Part shown: piece by piece, positions 1 through 15,430 of the stretch
Layout: each line of letters begins with the position of its first letter
Numbering within the stretch: the stretch's first letter is position 1
Sequence record: MN508614.1
Source: Escherichia phage ES12
Direction: 5' to 3' (one strand)
Length of the DNA: 64,000 bases
Notes under the pieces: model-generated
The model's input: the letters and a program-made list of their open reading frames with translations, nothing else
Database searches by the model: none
Told to the model about the DNA's origin: nothing
Position numbers and translations under genes: made by a program

Positions 1-113
<113 letters not shown>

Positions 114-154
114 TAAATATTATAAACTAATTAAAGCCCAGATTAGGAGAAATC

Positions 155-3295
<3,141 letters not shown>

Positions 3296-3323
3296 TATTA
3301 AAGCATATTAAAGAGGATTAAAA

Positions 3324-5303
3324 ATGACTTTATTATCTCCGGGCATTGAGCTCAAAGAAACTACGGTTCAAAGCACCGTGGTTAATAACTCTACTGGTAC
3401 AGCAGCTTTGGCCGGTAAATTCCAGTGGGGTCCTGCTTTTCAGATTAAACAGGTTACAAATGAAGTAGATTTAGTTAATACTTTTGGTCAACCAACCGCT
3501 GAAACTGCTGACTATTTTATGTCTGCGATGAATTTCTTGCAGTACGGAAATGACTTACGAGTAGTTCGTGCTGTTGATAGAGATACCGCTAAAAACTCAT
3601 CTCCGATTGCCGGTAATATTGAATACACTATTTCTACCCCAGGTAGTAACTACGCGGTTGGAGATAAAATCACGGTTAAGTATGTTTCAGATGATATTGA
3701 AACTGAAGGTAAAATTACCGAAGTAGACGCAGATGGAAAAATTAAGAAAATTAATATTCCTACTGCAAAAATTATCGCTAAAGCGAAAGAAGTCGGTGAA
3801 TATCCAGCACTAGGTTCTAACTGGACTGCCGAAATTTCTTCGTCTTCCTCTGGTTTAGCTGCAGTAATAACTCTTGGAAAAATTATTACTGATTCTGGTA
3901 TTTTATTAGCTGAAATTGAAAATGCTGAAGCTGCTATGACAGCGGTTGACTTTCAAGCAAATCTCGAAAAATACGGAATTCCAGGAGTAGTAGCGCTTTA
4001 TCCAGGCGAGTTGGGCGATAAAATTGAAATTGAAATCGTATCTAAAGCTGACTATGCAAAAGGAGCTTCTGCATTACTCCCAATTTATCCAGGTGGTGGT
4101 ACTCGTGCATCTACTGCCAAAGCAGTGTTTGGATATGGACCACAAACTGATTCACAGTACGCTATTATAGTTCGTCGTAATGATGCTATTGTTCAAAGCG
4201 TTGTTCTTTCAACTAAGCGTGGTGAAAAAGATATTTACGATAGTAACATCTATATCGATGACTTTTTCGCAAAAGGTGGTTCAGAATATATTTTTGCAAC
4301 TGCACAAAACTGGCCAGAAGGCTTCTCTGGAATTTTAACTCTGTCTGGTGGATTATCATCAAATGCTGAAGTAACAGCAGGAGATTTGATGGAAGCTTGG
4401 GACTTCTTTGCTGACCGCGAATCTGTTGACGTTCAACTGTTTATTGCGGGTTCTTGTGCCGGTGAATCTTTAGAAACAGCATCTACTGTCCAAAAACACG
4501 TCGTTTCAATTGGGGATGCTCGTCAAGATTGCTTAGTATTGTGCTCACCACCACGTGAAACTGTAGTTGGAATTCCTGTAACTCGTGCTGTTGATAACTT
4601 AGTCAATTGGAGAACTGCAGCAGGTTCATACACTGATAATAACTTTAATATCAGTTCAACCTATGCAGCAATCGATGGCAACTACAAATATCAGTATGAC
4701 AAATATAATGATGTGAATCGTTGGGTTCCATTAGCAGCTGATATTGCTGGTTTATGCGCAAGAACTGATAACGTATCTCAGACTTGGATGTCTCCAGCTG
4801 GTTATAATCGTGGCCAGATTCTTAACGTTATTAAACTTGCTATTGAAACTCGCCAGGCTCAGCGCGACCGTTTATACCAAGAAGCTATCAACCCGGTAAC
4901 TGGTACAGGCGGTGATGGTTACGTATTGTATGGTGATAAAACAGCTACTTCTGTTCCTTCTCCATTTGATCGTATTAACGTTCGTCGTCTGTTTAATATG
5001 TTGAAAACGAATATCGGACGTAGTTCAAAATATCGTTTGTTCGAATTAAACAATGCGTTTACTCGTTCATCATTCCGCACAGAAACTGCCCAGTACTTAC
5101 AGGGAATTAAAGCTCTCGGTGGAATTTATGAATATCGTGTAGTTTGCGATACAACAAATAACACTCCGTCAGTAATTGATAGAAATGAGTTTGTTGCAAC
5201 ATTCTACATCCAACCGGCTAGAAGCATTAACTACATTACCTTAAACTTCGTAGCAACTGCTACTGGTGCAGACTTCGATGAGTTAACTGGTCTTGCAGGT
5301 TAA
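3324..5303 (+). CDS. 18: contractile tail sheath protein (gp18)
   Basis: 659 aa, N-terminus MTLLSPGIELKETTVQ; late promoter TATAAATA upstream. Confidence 0.95.
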   Translation: MTLLSPGIELKETTVQSTVVNNSTGTAALAGKFQWGPAFQIKQVTNEVDLVNTFGQPTAETADYFMSAMNFLQYGNDLRVVRAVDRDTAKNSSPIAGNIEYTISTPGSNYAVGDKITVKYVSDDIETEGKITEVDADGKIKKINIPTAKIIAKAKEVGEYPALGSNWTAEISSSSSGLAAVITLGKIITDSGILLAEIENAEAAMTAVDFQANLEKYGIPGVVALYPGELGDKIEIEIVSKADYAKGASALLPIYPGGGTRASTAKAVFGYGPQTDSQYAIIVRRNDAIVQSVVLSTKRGEKDIYDSNIYIDDFFAKGGSEYIFATAQNWPEGFSGILTLSGGLSSNAEVTAGDLMEAWDFFADRESVDVQLFIAGSCAGESLETASTVQKHVVSIGDARQDCLVLCSPPRETVVGIPVTRAVDNLVNWRTAAGSYTDNNFNISSTYAAIDGNYKYQYDKYNDVNRWVPLAADIAGLCARTDNVSQTWMSPAGYNRGQILNVIKLAIETRQAQRDRLYQEAINPVTGTGGDGYVLYGDKTATSVPSPFDRINVRRLFNMLKTNIGRSSKYRLFELNNAFTRSSFRTETAQYLQGIKALGGIYEYRVVCDTTNNTPSVIDRNEFVATFYIQPARSINYITLNFVATATGADFDELTGLAG

Positions 5304-5319
5304 TACGGTGCATTCTAAA

Positions 5320-5337
5320 GGCCTGTTTCGGCAGGCC
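5320..5337 (+). terminator. hairpin after gene 18
   Basis: GGCCTG-TTTCGG-CAGGCC stem-loop; no T-run, so attenuator or processing site rather than strong terminator. Confidence 0.35.
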
Positions 5338-5338
5338 A

Positions 5339-5346
5339 TATAAATA
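5339..5346 (+). promoter_or_regulatory. late promoter TATAAATA (distal, gene 19)
   Basis: Exact TATAAATA after the post-gene-18 hairpin. Confidence 0.5.
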
Positions 5347-5397
5347 CACTATATCCTTAATTCTTTAATTCTATATGCCCTAGGTTAAACATAGGGA

Positions 5398-5405
5398 TAT
5401 AAATA
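5398..5405 (+). promoter_or_regulatory. late promoter TATAAATA (proximal, gene 19)
   Basis: Exact TATAAATA 14 nt before the gene 19 ATG. Confidence 0.65.
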
Positions 5406-5419
5406 CTACAGAGGCTAAT

Positions 5420-5911
5420 ATGTTTGTAGATGATGTAACACGAGCGTTTGAATCTGGTGATTTTGCTCGACCTAACTTATTCCAAGTAGAAATTTCTTAT
5501 CTTGGACAAAATTTTACGTTTCAATGTAAAGCCACTGCTTTACCAGCTGGTATTGTAGAAAAAATTCCAGTCGGTTTTATGAACCGTAAAATTAACGTAG
5601 CAGGCGATCGTACATTCGATGACTGGACTGTTACAGTAATGAACGATGAGGCACATGATGCTCGTCAGAAGTTTGTTGATTGGCAAAGCATTGCTGCTGG
5701 GCAAGGGAACGAAATTACTGGTGGAAAACCAGCAGAGTATAAAAAGAGCGCTGTTGTTCGCCAATATGCTCGTGACGCTAAAACTGTAACAAAAGAAGTT
5801 GAAATTAAAGGCCTGTGGCCTACTAACGTGGGTGAACTTCAATTAGATTGGGATTCAAACAATGAAATCCAAACCTTTGAAGTAACTCTCGCTCTCGATT
5901 ATTGGGAATAA
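5420..5911 (+). CDS. 19: tail tube protein (gp19)
   Basis: 163 aa, follows sheath gene; two TATAAATA motifs upstream. Confidence 0.93.
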   Translation: MFVDDVTRAFESGDFARPNLFQVEISYLGQNFTFQCKATALPAGIVEKIPVGFMNRKINVAGDRTFDDWTVTVMNDEAHDARQKFVDWQSIAAGQGNEITGGKPAEYKKSAVVRQYARDAKTVTKEVEIKGLWPTNVGELQLDWDSNNEIQTFEVTLALDYWE

Positions 5912-5918
5912 AATGAAT

Positions 5919-5932
5919 GGGGAGAAATCCCC
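5919..5932 (+). terminator. hairpin after gene 19
   Basis: GGGGA-GAAA-TCCCC stem-loop, no T-run. Confidence 0.3.
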
Positions 5933-5943
5933 ATCCTGCTTAA

Positions 5944-7568
<1,625 letters not shown>

Positions 7569-7569
<1 letters not shown>

Positions 7570-7814
7570 TGGAAGGTTTAATTGAAGCTATTAAATCAAA
7601 CGACCTCGTAGCCGCTCGTAAATTATTTGCTGAAGCCATGGCTGCAAGAACGATTGATTTAATTAAAGAAGAAAAAATCGCTATCGCTCGTAATTTCTTA
7701 ATCGAAGGTGAAGAACCTGAAGACGAGGATGAAGATGAAGATGATGACGAAGATAGCGATGATAAAGACGACAAAAAAGACAAAGACTCTGACGAAGACG
7801 AGGATGATGAATAA
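7569..7814 (+). CDS. 67: prohead core protein gp67 with poly-acidic C-terminus
   Basis: 80 aa, C-terminal [18 protein letters not shown] tract typical of T4 gp67. Confidence 0.85.
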
Positions 7815-8239
7815 TGCTTCTGATCCCTGAAACTCATGAATTAGTTCTCGAGAATGTCGAAGCACTTATTCCTGAAGCACAGGGTCGCTTTGACGAATTG
7901 TCTTCTGCTTTAAATAAAGACGATATAAATACAATTGTCGAGAATATGCTTGATGATGAAACTGATTTAGCGGTTGCATTAGCTTCTATTAATGAAAATA
8001 TGCCGTTAAATGAATTCATCGTTAAACATGTTTCCGCTCGTGGTGAAATTACTCGCACTAAAGACCGCAAAACGCGTGAACGTAATGCATTTCAAACCAC
8101 TGGGCTGTCTAAAGCAAAACGTAGACAAATTGCTCGTAAAGCTACCAAAACGAAGATTGCCAATCCAGCAGGTCAATCTCGTGCTCAGCGTAAGCGTAAA
8201 AAAGCTCTTAAACGCCGTAAAGCATTAGGATTAAGCTAA
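7814..8239 (+). CDS. 68: prohead core protein gp68
   Basis: 141 aa, basic C-terminus, position between 67 and 21. Confidence 0.8.
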
Positions 8240-8877
8240 TGAATGAACCCCAATTACTAATTGAAACTTGGGGTCAACCTGGCGAAATTATTGATGGCGT
8301 ACCAATGCTTGAATCTCATGATGGAAAAGACTTAGGTTTAAAACCGGGTTTATACATCGAAGGAATATTCATGCAAGCGGAAGTCGTCAATAGAAATAAA
8401 CGTCTTTATCCAAAACGTATATTAGAAAAAGCGGTAAAAGACTATATTAATGAGCAAGTTTTAACTAAACAAGCTCTCGGAGAATTAAATCATCCTCCAC
8501 GCGCTAATGTTGACCCGATGCAAGCCGCTATCATTATAGAAGATATGTGGTGGAAAGGAAATGACGTATACGGACGAGCTCGTGTTATTGAAGGTGACCA
8601 TGGTCCTGGAGATAAATTAGCAGCTAATATTCGTGCCGGATGGATTCCAGGAGTTTCTTCTCGTGGATTAGGTTCATTGACTGACACAAATAAAGGTTAT
8701 CGTATCGTAAATGAAGGATTCAAATTAACTGTAGGTGTTGATGCAGTATGGGGTCCAAGTGCTCCAGATGCATGGGTAACTCCTAAGGAAATTACCGAAT
8801 CACAGACGGCGGAAGCCGATACAAGTGCCGATGACGCCTATATGGCTCTCGCAGAGGCCATGAAAAAAGCGTTATAA
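8239..8877 (+). CDS. 21: prohead core protein and maturation protease (gp21)
   Basis: 212 aa, recognised as T4 gp21; synteny. Confidence 0.92.
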   Translation: MNEPQLLIETWGQPGEIIDGVPMLESHDGKDLGLKPGLYIEGIFMQAEVVNRNKRLYPKRILEKAVKDYINEQVLTKQALGELNHPPRANVDPMQAAIIIEDMWWKGNDVYGRARVIEGDHGPGDKLAANIRAGWIPGVSSRGLGSLTDTNKGYRIVNEGFKLTVGVDAVWGPSAPDAWVTPKEITESQTAEADTSADDAYMALAEAMKKAL

Positions 8878-8880
8878 ATA
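8873..8880 (+). promoter_or_regulatory. late promoter TATAAATA (gene 22)
   Basis: Exact TATAAATA overlapping gene 21 stop. Confidence 0.65.
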
Positions 8881-8907
8881 TTATTATCTAAACAACAGGA
8901 CTACAAA

Positions 8908-9717
8908 ATGCTTAAAGAACAACTGATTGCTGAAGCGCAAAAAATTGATGCTTCCGTTGCTCTTGATAGTATTTTCGAATCAGTTAATATTTCTCCGGAA
9001 GCAAAAGAAACTTTCGGCACTGTATTCGAAGCTACCGTCAAGCAGCATGCCGTTAAATTAGCTGAATCTCATATCGCTAAAATTGCTGAAAAAGCAGAAG
9101 AAGAAGTAGAAAAAAATAAAGAAGAAGCCGAAGAAAAAGCTGAGAAGAAAATCGCTGAGCAAGCTTCTAAATTCATCGACCATCTTGCGAAAGAATGGCT
9201 CGCCGAAAATAAATTAGCAGTTGATAAAGGCATCAAAGCCGAACTGTTTGAATCCATGCTTGGTGGATTAAAAGAGCTCTTTGTTGAACACAACGTTGTT
9301 GTTCCAGAAGAATCAGTTGATGTTGTAGCTGAAATGGAAGAAGAGCTGCAAGAACATAAAGAAGAATCAGCTCGTCTGTTCGAAGAACTCAATATGCGCG
9401 ACGCATATATCAATTATGTGCAGCGTGAAGTGGCATTGAGCGAAAGTACTAAAGATCTGACTGAGTCTCAAAAAGAAAAAGTCTCTGCTCTGGTCGAAGG
9501 TATGGATTATTCAGATGCATTCTCAAGTAAATTGAGTGCCATCGTAGAAATGGTGAAGAAGTCTAATAAAGATGAAAGCACTATTACTGAGAGTATAAAT
9601 ACTCCTGATACTGAAGCAGCCGGACTGAATTTCGTCACTGAAGCTGTAGAAGATAAAACTGCACCTGGTGCAGAAGATATTGTAAGTGTATATGCGAAAG
9701 TCGCATCTCGTTTCTAA
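8908..9717 (+). CDS. 22: prohead core scaffolding protein (gp22)
   Basis: 269 aa, highly charged Glu/Lys-rich coiled-coil-like sequence; TATAAATA upstream. Confidence 0.9.
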   Translation: MLKEQLIAEAQKIDASVALDSIFESVNISPEAKETFGTVFEATVKQHAVKLAESHIAKIAEKAEEEVEKNKEEAEEKAEKKIAEQASKFIDHLAKEWLAENKLAVDKGIKAELFESMLGGLKELFVEHNVVVPEESVDVVAEMEEELQEHKEESARLFEELNMRDAYINYVQREVALSESTKDLTESQKEKVSALVEGMDYSDAFSSKLSAIVEMVKKSNKDESTITESINTPDTEAAGLNFVTEAVEDKTAPGAEDIVSVYAKVASRF

Positions 9718-9735
9718 TTTTAAAGGTTAACACAA

Positions 9736-11301
9736 ATGACTATCAAAACTAAAGCTGAACTTTTGAACAAATGGAAGCCATTACTGGAAGGTGAAGGTTT
9801 ACCGGAAATTGCTAATAGCAAACAAGCGATTATCGCTAAAATCTTTGAAAACCAGGAAAAAGATTTCCAGACAGCTCCAGAGTACAAAGACGAAAAAATC
9901 GCCCAGGCATTTGGTTCTTTCTTAACAGAAGCTGAAATCGGTGGTGACCACGGTTACAACGCTACTAACATCGCTGCTGGTCAGACTTCTGGCGCAGTAA
10001 CTCAGATTGGCCCAGCTGTTATGGGTATGGTACGTCGTGCTATTCCTAACCTGATTGCTTTCGATATTTGTGGTGTTCAGCCGATGAACAGCCCGACTGG
10101 CCAGGTATTCGCACTGCGCGCAGTATATGGTAAAGACCCAATCGCTTCCGGTGCTAAAGAAGCATTCCACCCAATGTATGGTCCAGATGCAATGTTCTCT
10201 GGTCAGGGTGCTGCTAAGAAATTCCCAGCTCTGGCTGCTAATACTACTACAGTTGTAGGTGACATCTATTCTCACTTCTTCCAGGAAACTGGCACTGTAT
10301 ATCTGCAAGCTTCTGCTGTCGTAACACTTGATTCTAGTGCGACTGATGCTGCTAAATTAGATGCCGAAGTTAAGAAACAAATGGAAGCTGGTGCACTTGT
10401 AGAAATCGCTGAAGGCATGGCAACTTCTATCGCTGAACTTCAGGAAGGTTTCAATGGTTCTACCGATAACCCATGGAATGAAATGGGCTTCCGTATCGAT
10501 AAACAAGTTATCGAAGCTAAATCTCGTCAGCTGAAAGCTGCTTACTCTATCGAATTAGCACAAGACCTCCGCGCTGTTCACGGTATGGATGCTGATGCTG
10601 AACTGTCTGGTATTCTGGCTACAGAAATTATGCTGGAAATCAACCGTGAAGTTGTTGATTGGATTAACTACTCAGCTCAGGTTGGTAAATCTGGTATGAC
10701 CCTGACTCCGGGTTCTAAAGCTGGTGTATTTGACTTCCAGGACCCAATCGATATTCGTGGTGCTCGCTGGGCAGGTGAATCCTTTAAAGCTCTGTTGTTC
10801 CAGATTGACAAAGAAGCAGTTGAAATTGCTCGTCAGACTGGTCGTGGTGAAGGTAATTTCATTATCGCTTCCCGTAACGTAGTTAACGTTCTGGCTTCAG
10901 TTGATACCGGCATTTCTTATGCTGCACAGGGTCTGGCTACTGGCTTTAACACCGATACTACCAAGTCAGTATTTGCTGGTGTTCTGGGTGGTAAATACCG
11001 TGTATATATCGACCAGTATGCTAAACAGGATTATTTCACTGTAGGTTATAAAGGTCCGAACGAAATGGATGCTGGTATTTACTACGCTCCATATGTAGCT
11101 CTGACTCCACTGCGTGGTTCTGATCCGAAGAACTTCCAACCAGTAATGGGATTCAAAACTCGTTACGGTATCGGTATCAACCCATTTGCAGAATCCGCTG
11201 CTCAGGCTCCGGCTTCTCGCATTCAGAGTGGTATGCCTTCTATCCTGAACAGCCTTGGTAAGAACGCTTACTTCCGCCGTGTATATGTTAAAGGTATCTA
11301 A
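9736..11301 (+). CDS. 23: major capsid protein (gp23)
   Basis: 521 aa, N-terminus MTIKTKAELLNKWKPLLEGEGLPEIANSKQ recognised as T4 gp23; hairpin terminator downstream. Confidence 0.97.
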   Translation: MTIKTKAELLNKWKPLLEGEGLPEIANSKQAIIAKIFENQEKDFQTAPEYKDEKIAQAFGSFLTEAEIGGDHGYNATNIAAGQTSGAVTQIGPAVMGMVRRAIPNLIAFDICGVQPMNSPTGQVFALRAVYGKDPIASGAKEAFHPMYGPDAMFSGQGAAKKFPALAANTTTVVGDIYSHFFQETGTVYLQASAVVTLDSSATDAAKLDAEVKKQMEAGALVEIAEGMATSIAELQEGFNGSTDNPWNEMGFRIDKQVIEAKSRQLKAAYSIELAQDLRAVHGMDADAELSGILATEIMLEINREVVDWINYSAQVGKSGMTLTPGSKAGVFDFQDPIDIRGARWAGESFKALLFQIDKEAVEIARQTGRGEGNFIIASRNVVNVLASVDTGISYAAQGLATGFNTDTTKSVFAGVLGGKYRVYIDQYAKQDYFTVGYKGPNEMDAGIYYAPYVALTPLRGSDPKNFQPVMGFKTRYGIGINPFAESAAQAPASRIQSGMPSILNSLGKNAYFRRVYVKGI

Positions 11302-11314
11302 TCTTTGACGATTT

Positions 11315-11345
11315 AAGGGACCTTCGGGTCCCTTTAGTTGTTTTT
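11315..11345 (+). terminator. rho-independent terminator after gene 23
   Basis: AAGGGACC-TTCG-GGTCCCTT hairpin followed by TAGTTGTTTTT. Confidence 0.8.
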
Positions 11346-11349
11346 ATGG

Positions 11350-11357
11350 TATAAATA
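11350..11357 (+). promoter_or_regulatory. late promoter TATAAATA (gene 24)
   Basis: Exact TATAAATA after gene 23 terminator. Confidence 0.7.
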
Positions 11358-11384
11358 AATCATATAAACCAAAAGGAAAGCGCA

Positions 11385-12668
11385 ATGGCTAAAATCAACG
11401 AACTTCTGCGCGAATCAACCACAACGAATAGCAACTCAATCGGTCGCCCAAATCTCGTTGCTTTGACTCGCGCTACCACTAAATTAATATATTCTGACAT
11501 TGTAGCAACGCAAAGAACTAATCAACCTGTTGCTGCTTTTTATGGTATCAAATACCTTAACCCAGATAACGAATTTACATTTAAAACTGGTGCTACTTAC
11601 GCTGGCGAAGCTGGATACGTAGACCGAGAACAAATCACAGAATTAACAGAAGAGTCTAAATTAACTCTCAATAAAGGCGATTTATTCAAATATAATAATA
11701 TCGTTTATAAAGTATTAGAAGATACACCATTTGCTGATATTGAAGAAAGCGATTTAGAATTGGCTCTTCAGATTGCAATTGTTCTTTTAAAGGTTCGTCT
11801 ATTTTCTGACGCAGCGTCAACAAGCAAATTTGAAAGCTCTGATAGTGAAATTGCGGATGCTAGATTCCAGATTAATAAATGGCAAACCGCAGTTAAATCT
11901 CGCAAACTTAAAACTGGTATCACAGTTGAATTAGCACAAGATTTAGAAGCAAATGGATTCGATGCTCCTAATTTCTTGGAAGATTTGCTTGCAACTGAAA
12001 TGGCAGATGAAATCAATAAAGATATTCTGCAGTCTTTGATTACAGTGTCAAAACGCTATAAAGTTACAGGAATTACTGATACTGGATTCATCGATTTGAG
12101 TTATGCATCTGCTCCTGAAGCTGGTCGTTCATTATACCGAATGGTATGTGAAATGGTTTCGCATATCCAAAAAGAATCAACTTATACAGCAACGTTCTGT
12201 GTTGCTTCTGCTCGTGCCGCTGCGATTCTTGCTGCATCAGGTTGGTTAAAACATAAACCAGAAGATGACAAATATCTTTCACAAAATGCCTACGGGTTCT
12301 TAGCTAATGGTTTACCGCTTTATTGCGATACTAACAGCCCATTAGATTATGTAATCGTTGGCGTAGTAGAAAATATCGGTGAAAAAGAAATTGTTGGATC
12401 AATTTTCTATGCTCCGTATACAGAAGGTCTTGACTTAGATGACCCTGAACATGTAGGTGCATTTAAAGTTGTTGTTGATCCAGAAAGCTTACAACCGTCT
12501 ATCGGTTTATTAGTTAGATATGCTTTATCAGCAAATCCTTATACCGTAGCAAAAGATGAAAAAGAAGCAAGAATAATTGACGGTGGAGACATGGATAAAA
12601 TGGCGGGTCGTTCAGATTTGTCTGTTTTATTAGGTGTTAAATTACCAAAAATTATTATTGATGAATAA
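11385..12668 (+). CDS. 24: capsid vertex protein (gp24)
   Basis: 427 aa, gp23 paralog at vertex; TATAAATA at 11350-11357. Confidence 0.95.
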   Translation: MAKINELLRESTTTNSNSIGRPNLVALTRATTKLIYSDIVATQRTNQPVAAFYGIKYLNPDNEFTFKTGATYAGEAGYVDREQITELTEESKLTLNKGDLFKYNNIVYKVLEDTPFADIEESDLELALQIAIVLLKVRLFSDAASTSKFESSDSEIADARFQINKWQTAVKSRKLKTGITVELAQDLEANGFDAPNFLEDLLATEMADEINKDILQSLITVSKRYKVTGITDTGFIDLSYASAPEAGRSLYRMVCEMVSHIQKESTYTATFCVASARAAAILAASGWLKHKPEDDKYLSQNAYGFLANGLPLYCDTNSPLDYVIVGVVENIGEKEIVGSIFYAPYTEGLDLDDPEHVGAFKVVVDPESLQPSIGLLVRYALSANPYTVAKDEKEARIIDGGDMDKMAGRSDLSVLLGVKLPKIIIDE

Positions 12669-12671
12669 AAC

Positions 12672-12697
12672 AAAGGGACCGAAAGGTCCCTTTTTAT
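12672..12697. terminator. bidirectional terminator between gene 24 and rnlB
   Basis: AAAGGGACC-GAAA-GGTCCCTTTTT; T/A runs on both sides between convergent genes. Confidence 0.8.
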
Positions 12698-13705
12698 TTA
12701 GCTCACCAACTCAATCCAAGCTGGACGAAGTACATCTTGTACCATTTTAACTAATTCCTTTTTAATCAAAGAAGGATTATCTGCTTGAGTTAGAGTAATA
12801 CCTTCACGAGAAGTTTCTTCCAAAATATCTTGAACAGTTAGCCCCATCACCTTTCCAAAATCCTTTGGACCAATTTCGCCAATTTTAGAAATAACGTTAT
12901 TTACGCGGTTTAGTGTAACGTAACAAGCTAAAATTCCAACCAATTTGTTATCAGCTTCTGATAGCTCAACTTTAGCTTTAATAGGCTTATCAGACTTTTT
13001 CTTTTCACTAAATTTAGAGTTCTTGCATTTAATCGCTACACGAGCACCGTTTGGCAGCCATTTAGGGAAACAAGGCTTCAGAACATAACCTTCTGCAGTA
13101 TTATCACCAATAACATTAGCATCAAATACACAATTATTTGCTTCGACAAGGTCTTCCGATGCCGTAACGTTATAAGCGGCTAAGACGGAATCAAGGTCGT
13201 TTGGAATCATGATAAGAGCATCAAATGTTCCACGTCCAAGCATTGGTGCCATTTTAAAACCAAACGTATTACAGAAATCTTGCATTTCGTAATCACTCAT
13301 GTAATAAGTATCACCGCTTTCCGTGTTTATGATGATATCGAATACATAGAAATCTTTTTCACCGTAGTCAACACCTTTCTGAATTCCACCACCAGCGAAT
13401 TCACCAAAGACTTGATATGTCACCGGCACTGAAGTTGAAATACTGTCCATGACTTCTTGAACGCCTTTAATAGCTTTATCATACTTTTTGAGTACTATTT
13501 CATAGCCATAAAAATCTTCTACTGGAAGAATAGGGCCAGTACGTTTAGCGCAAGTTACTTTATCACGCTCAATAATCAATGAGAAATTTGTACCATGAAT
13601 CTTTTCACGAGCTACCCACTCCCCACCAGTCAATCCCAAGCTATAAAGTTTTTCAATAAATTTAGAGTTATAATGATTTTCAAGACTGCTATACTTTTTA
13701 AACAT
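12698..13705 (-). CDS. rnlB: RNA ligase 2 (Rnl2)
   Basis: 335 aa; nucleotidyltransferase motif I KIHGTN; N- and C-termini recognised as T4 Rnl2. Confidence 0.9.
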   Translation of the reverse strand: MFKKYSSLENHYNSKFIEKLYSLGLTGGEWVAREKIHGTNFSLIIERDKVTCAKRTGPILPVEDFYGYEIVLKKYDKAIKGVQEVMDSISTSVPVTYQVFGEFAGGGIQKGVDYGEKDFYVFDIIINTESGDTYYMSDYEMQDFCNTFGFKMAPMLGRGTFDALIMIPNDLDSVLAAYNVTASEDLVEANNCVFDANVIGDNTAEGYVLKPCFPKWLPNGARVAIKCKNSKFSEKKKSDKPIKAKVELSEADNKLVGILACYVTLNRVNNVISKIGEIGPKDFGKVMGLTVQDILEETSREGITLTQADNPSLIKKELVKMVQDVLRPAWIELVS

Positions 13706-13714
13706 AATTAATCC

Positions 13715-13993
13715 TCAAAATGTAATTTCTAACCAATCACCATCACGCTGATCACTATTAACTTTAAAGCTGAATCCTTCTTTTCTCAGCCAATCACCAA
13801 TTTCTTCAGTAATCAATTTATCGCGAGCAGTACAATAATAACTAAAATATGTTTTACCTTGTTCAGCTGCTTTATTAGCAAGTTCTGAAAAATCTTTAAT
13901 AAAACACTCTAACTTAAACTGTTTACTTTTTAATGCTTTTTCGCGTAATTGATTAGCAAAAGATTCATTTTCATAAAGATCATACTGTTCCAT
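13715..13993 (-). CDS. hypothetical protein (T4 24.2 position)
   Basis: 92 aa ORF in operon downstream of hoc; synteny only. Confidence 0.6.
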   Translation of the reverse strand: MEQYDLYENESFANQLREKALKSKQFKLECFIKDFSELANKAAEQGKTYFSYYCTARDKLITEEIGDWLRKEGFSFKVNSDQRDGDWLEITF

Positions 13994-14195
13994 TTTTCAC
14001 CTTTTTATTGATATGTCTTTTTCTATAGACAACTTTTTCTCGAGTTTCAAATTTATTCTTAGCAGTCATAGCTCGAGCCCATAATACAGCAACTTCTTTT
14101 GCCTGTAAGTTTAATTCACGAGCAATTTCAATGAATGACTTTCCAGACTCATGAAGAGTAAACACCACAACCTCAGTTCTCATAATCAATCTCAT
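13980..14195 (-). CDS. hypothetical small protein (T4 24.3 position), possible HTH
   Basis: 71 aa ORF; segment GKSFIEIARELNLQAKEV resembles a helix-turn-helix. Confidence 0.55.
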   Translation of the reverse strand: MRLIMRTEVVVFTLHESGKSFIEIARELNLQAKEVAVLWARAMTAKNKFETREKVVYRKRHINKKVKNGTV

Positions 14196-14247
14196 GTTAT
14201 CGAGTTGTTGCCATTATATACATCATTTTCTGATTGTGTTTTGTGTG

Positions 14248-14280
14248 CTTTCAAAATGAAGAAAGGGGCCGAAGCCCCTT
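14248..14280 (-). terminator. terminator-like hairpin after hoc
   Basis: Minus strand AAGGGGCTTCGGCCCCTTTCTTCATTTTG. Confidence 0.6.
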
Positions 14281-14284
14281 ATGA

Positions 14285-15421
14285 TTATGGATAGGTATAG
14301 ATGATACCAGTTTCTAAAGCAGTTTTATGAATGATGTATCCATTACGTGATTCTTGGACATCAACTTCTGGATAGTCTTTCATCATCTTCTGAAGAGTGT
14401 AACGATGCAGGTAGTATTTACTATCTGGGTCTTCAGTTTTCCAATCTTTACCTTCTTCAGTCATTTTTTGAATTTCATCCATAACCCACCAACCGCACCA
14501 GATGTAAGCTGAGCTACGGTGTGGAAGAGGATGAACATAAGGTAATTCACCTTCTGGTTCTGGAGCAACTTTATCAGTTACCTGAACTTGACCTTCTGCC
14601 GTAATAGTTTTGCTATCATAATCAGCAGCAGTAACAGTTGCAGTAACTTCAATAGTTTGACTTCCAATAGATGAGGTATCAACGGTGTATACATTAGTTG
14701 ACCCTTCTACAGGAGAAGAATCTTTCTTCCATGAATACTCAATTTGCGCTTCTTCTGGAGCATCAGTGACATTAGCGGTAAATGTAGCCGAAGCATCTTG
14801 CTGCACGTTAATAGAAGGAGGAGTCAATGTAACCTGTGGATTCATTGTCTTCTTATTAACCGTTAATGATACTTCATTGGAAGTAACTTCCTTTTCATTG
14901 TAATTTTCTGCAGTTACTTGCGCTACACATTTAATTCTTTTTACTCCACTTGTAGTTGGAGTATAGTTAAATGTAGAGTTAGTTTCTCCACCAATTTGAG
15001 AATCATCTACATACCACTTATATGTAGCAGACGCTCCATCAGGTTGAGAAGCTAAGGCAGCGGTAAATTGAACTGGAGTTCCAATTACTCCAGCTGAAGG
15101 ACTATTAGGAGTTACTGTTATTGTAGTAGTCTGTGTCTTATTTTGAACTGTGATAGTTGTCGTAGCTTCTGCTGTTTCAGGTTCAGATTCAGATTCTGGA
15201 ACTGTATTTGTTGCAACGACTTTAATAGTCTTTTGACCGGCAGGTCCTTTTAGTACATAACTAAAAGTTGCTTCAGCTCCATCCTGTGGAACATTATCTA
15301 CACTCCAAGCATAGGTAATAGTTCCACCTTCAGTTTGACCACTGGGTGCAGCAGTAAACTGCTTGGTTTCATCAATAACTCCTGTTGGGGTTTTAGGAGT
15401 TATATCAACTGTAAAAGTCAT
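14285..15421 (-). CDS. hoc: Hoc, highly immunogenic outer capsid protein (Ig-like domains)
   Basis: 378 aa; repeated Ig-like segments; conserved capsid-binding C-terminus WCGWWVMDEIQKM recognised as T4 Hoc. Confidence 0.92.
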   Translation of the reverse strand: MTFTVDITPKTPTGVIDETKQFTAAPSGQTEGGTITYAWSVDNVPQDGAEATFSYVLKGPAGQKTIKVVATNTVPESESEPETAEATTTITVQNKTQTTTITVTPNSPSAGVIGTPVQFTAALASQPDGASATYKWYVDDSQIGGETNSTFNYTPTTSGVKRIKCVAQVTAENYNEKEVTSNEVSLTVNKKTMNPQVTLTPPSINVQQDASATFTANVTDAPEEAQIEYSWKKDSSPVEGSTNVYTVDTSSIGSQTIEVTATVTAADYDSKTITAEGQVQVTDKVAPEPEGELPYVHPLPHRSSAYIWCGWWVMDEIQKMTEEGKDWKTEDPDSKYYLHRYTLQKMMKDYPEVDVQESRNGYIIHKTALETGIIYTYP

Positions 15422-15430
15422 AAGTTATCC

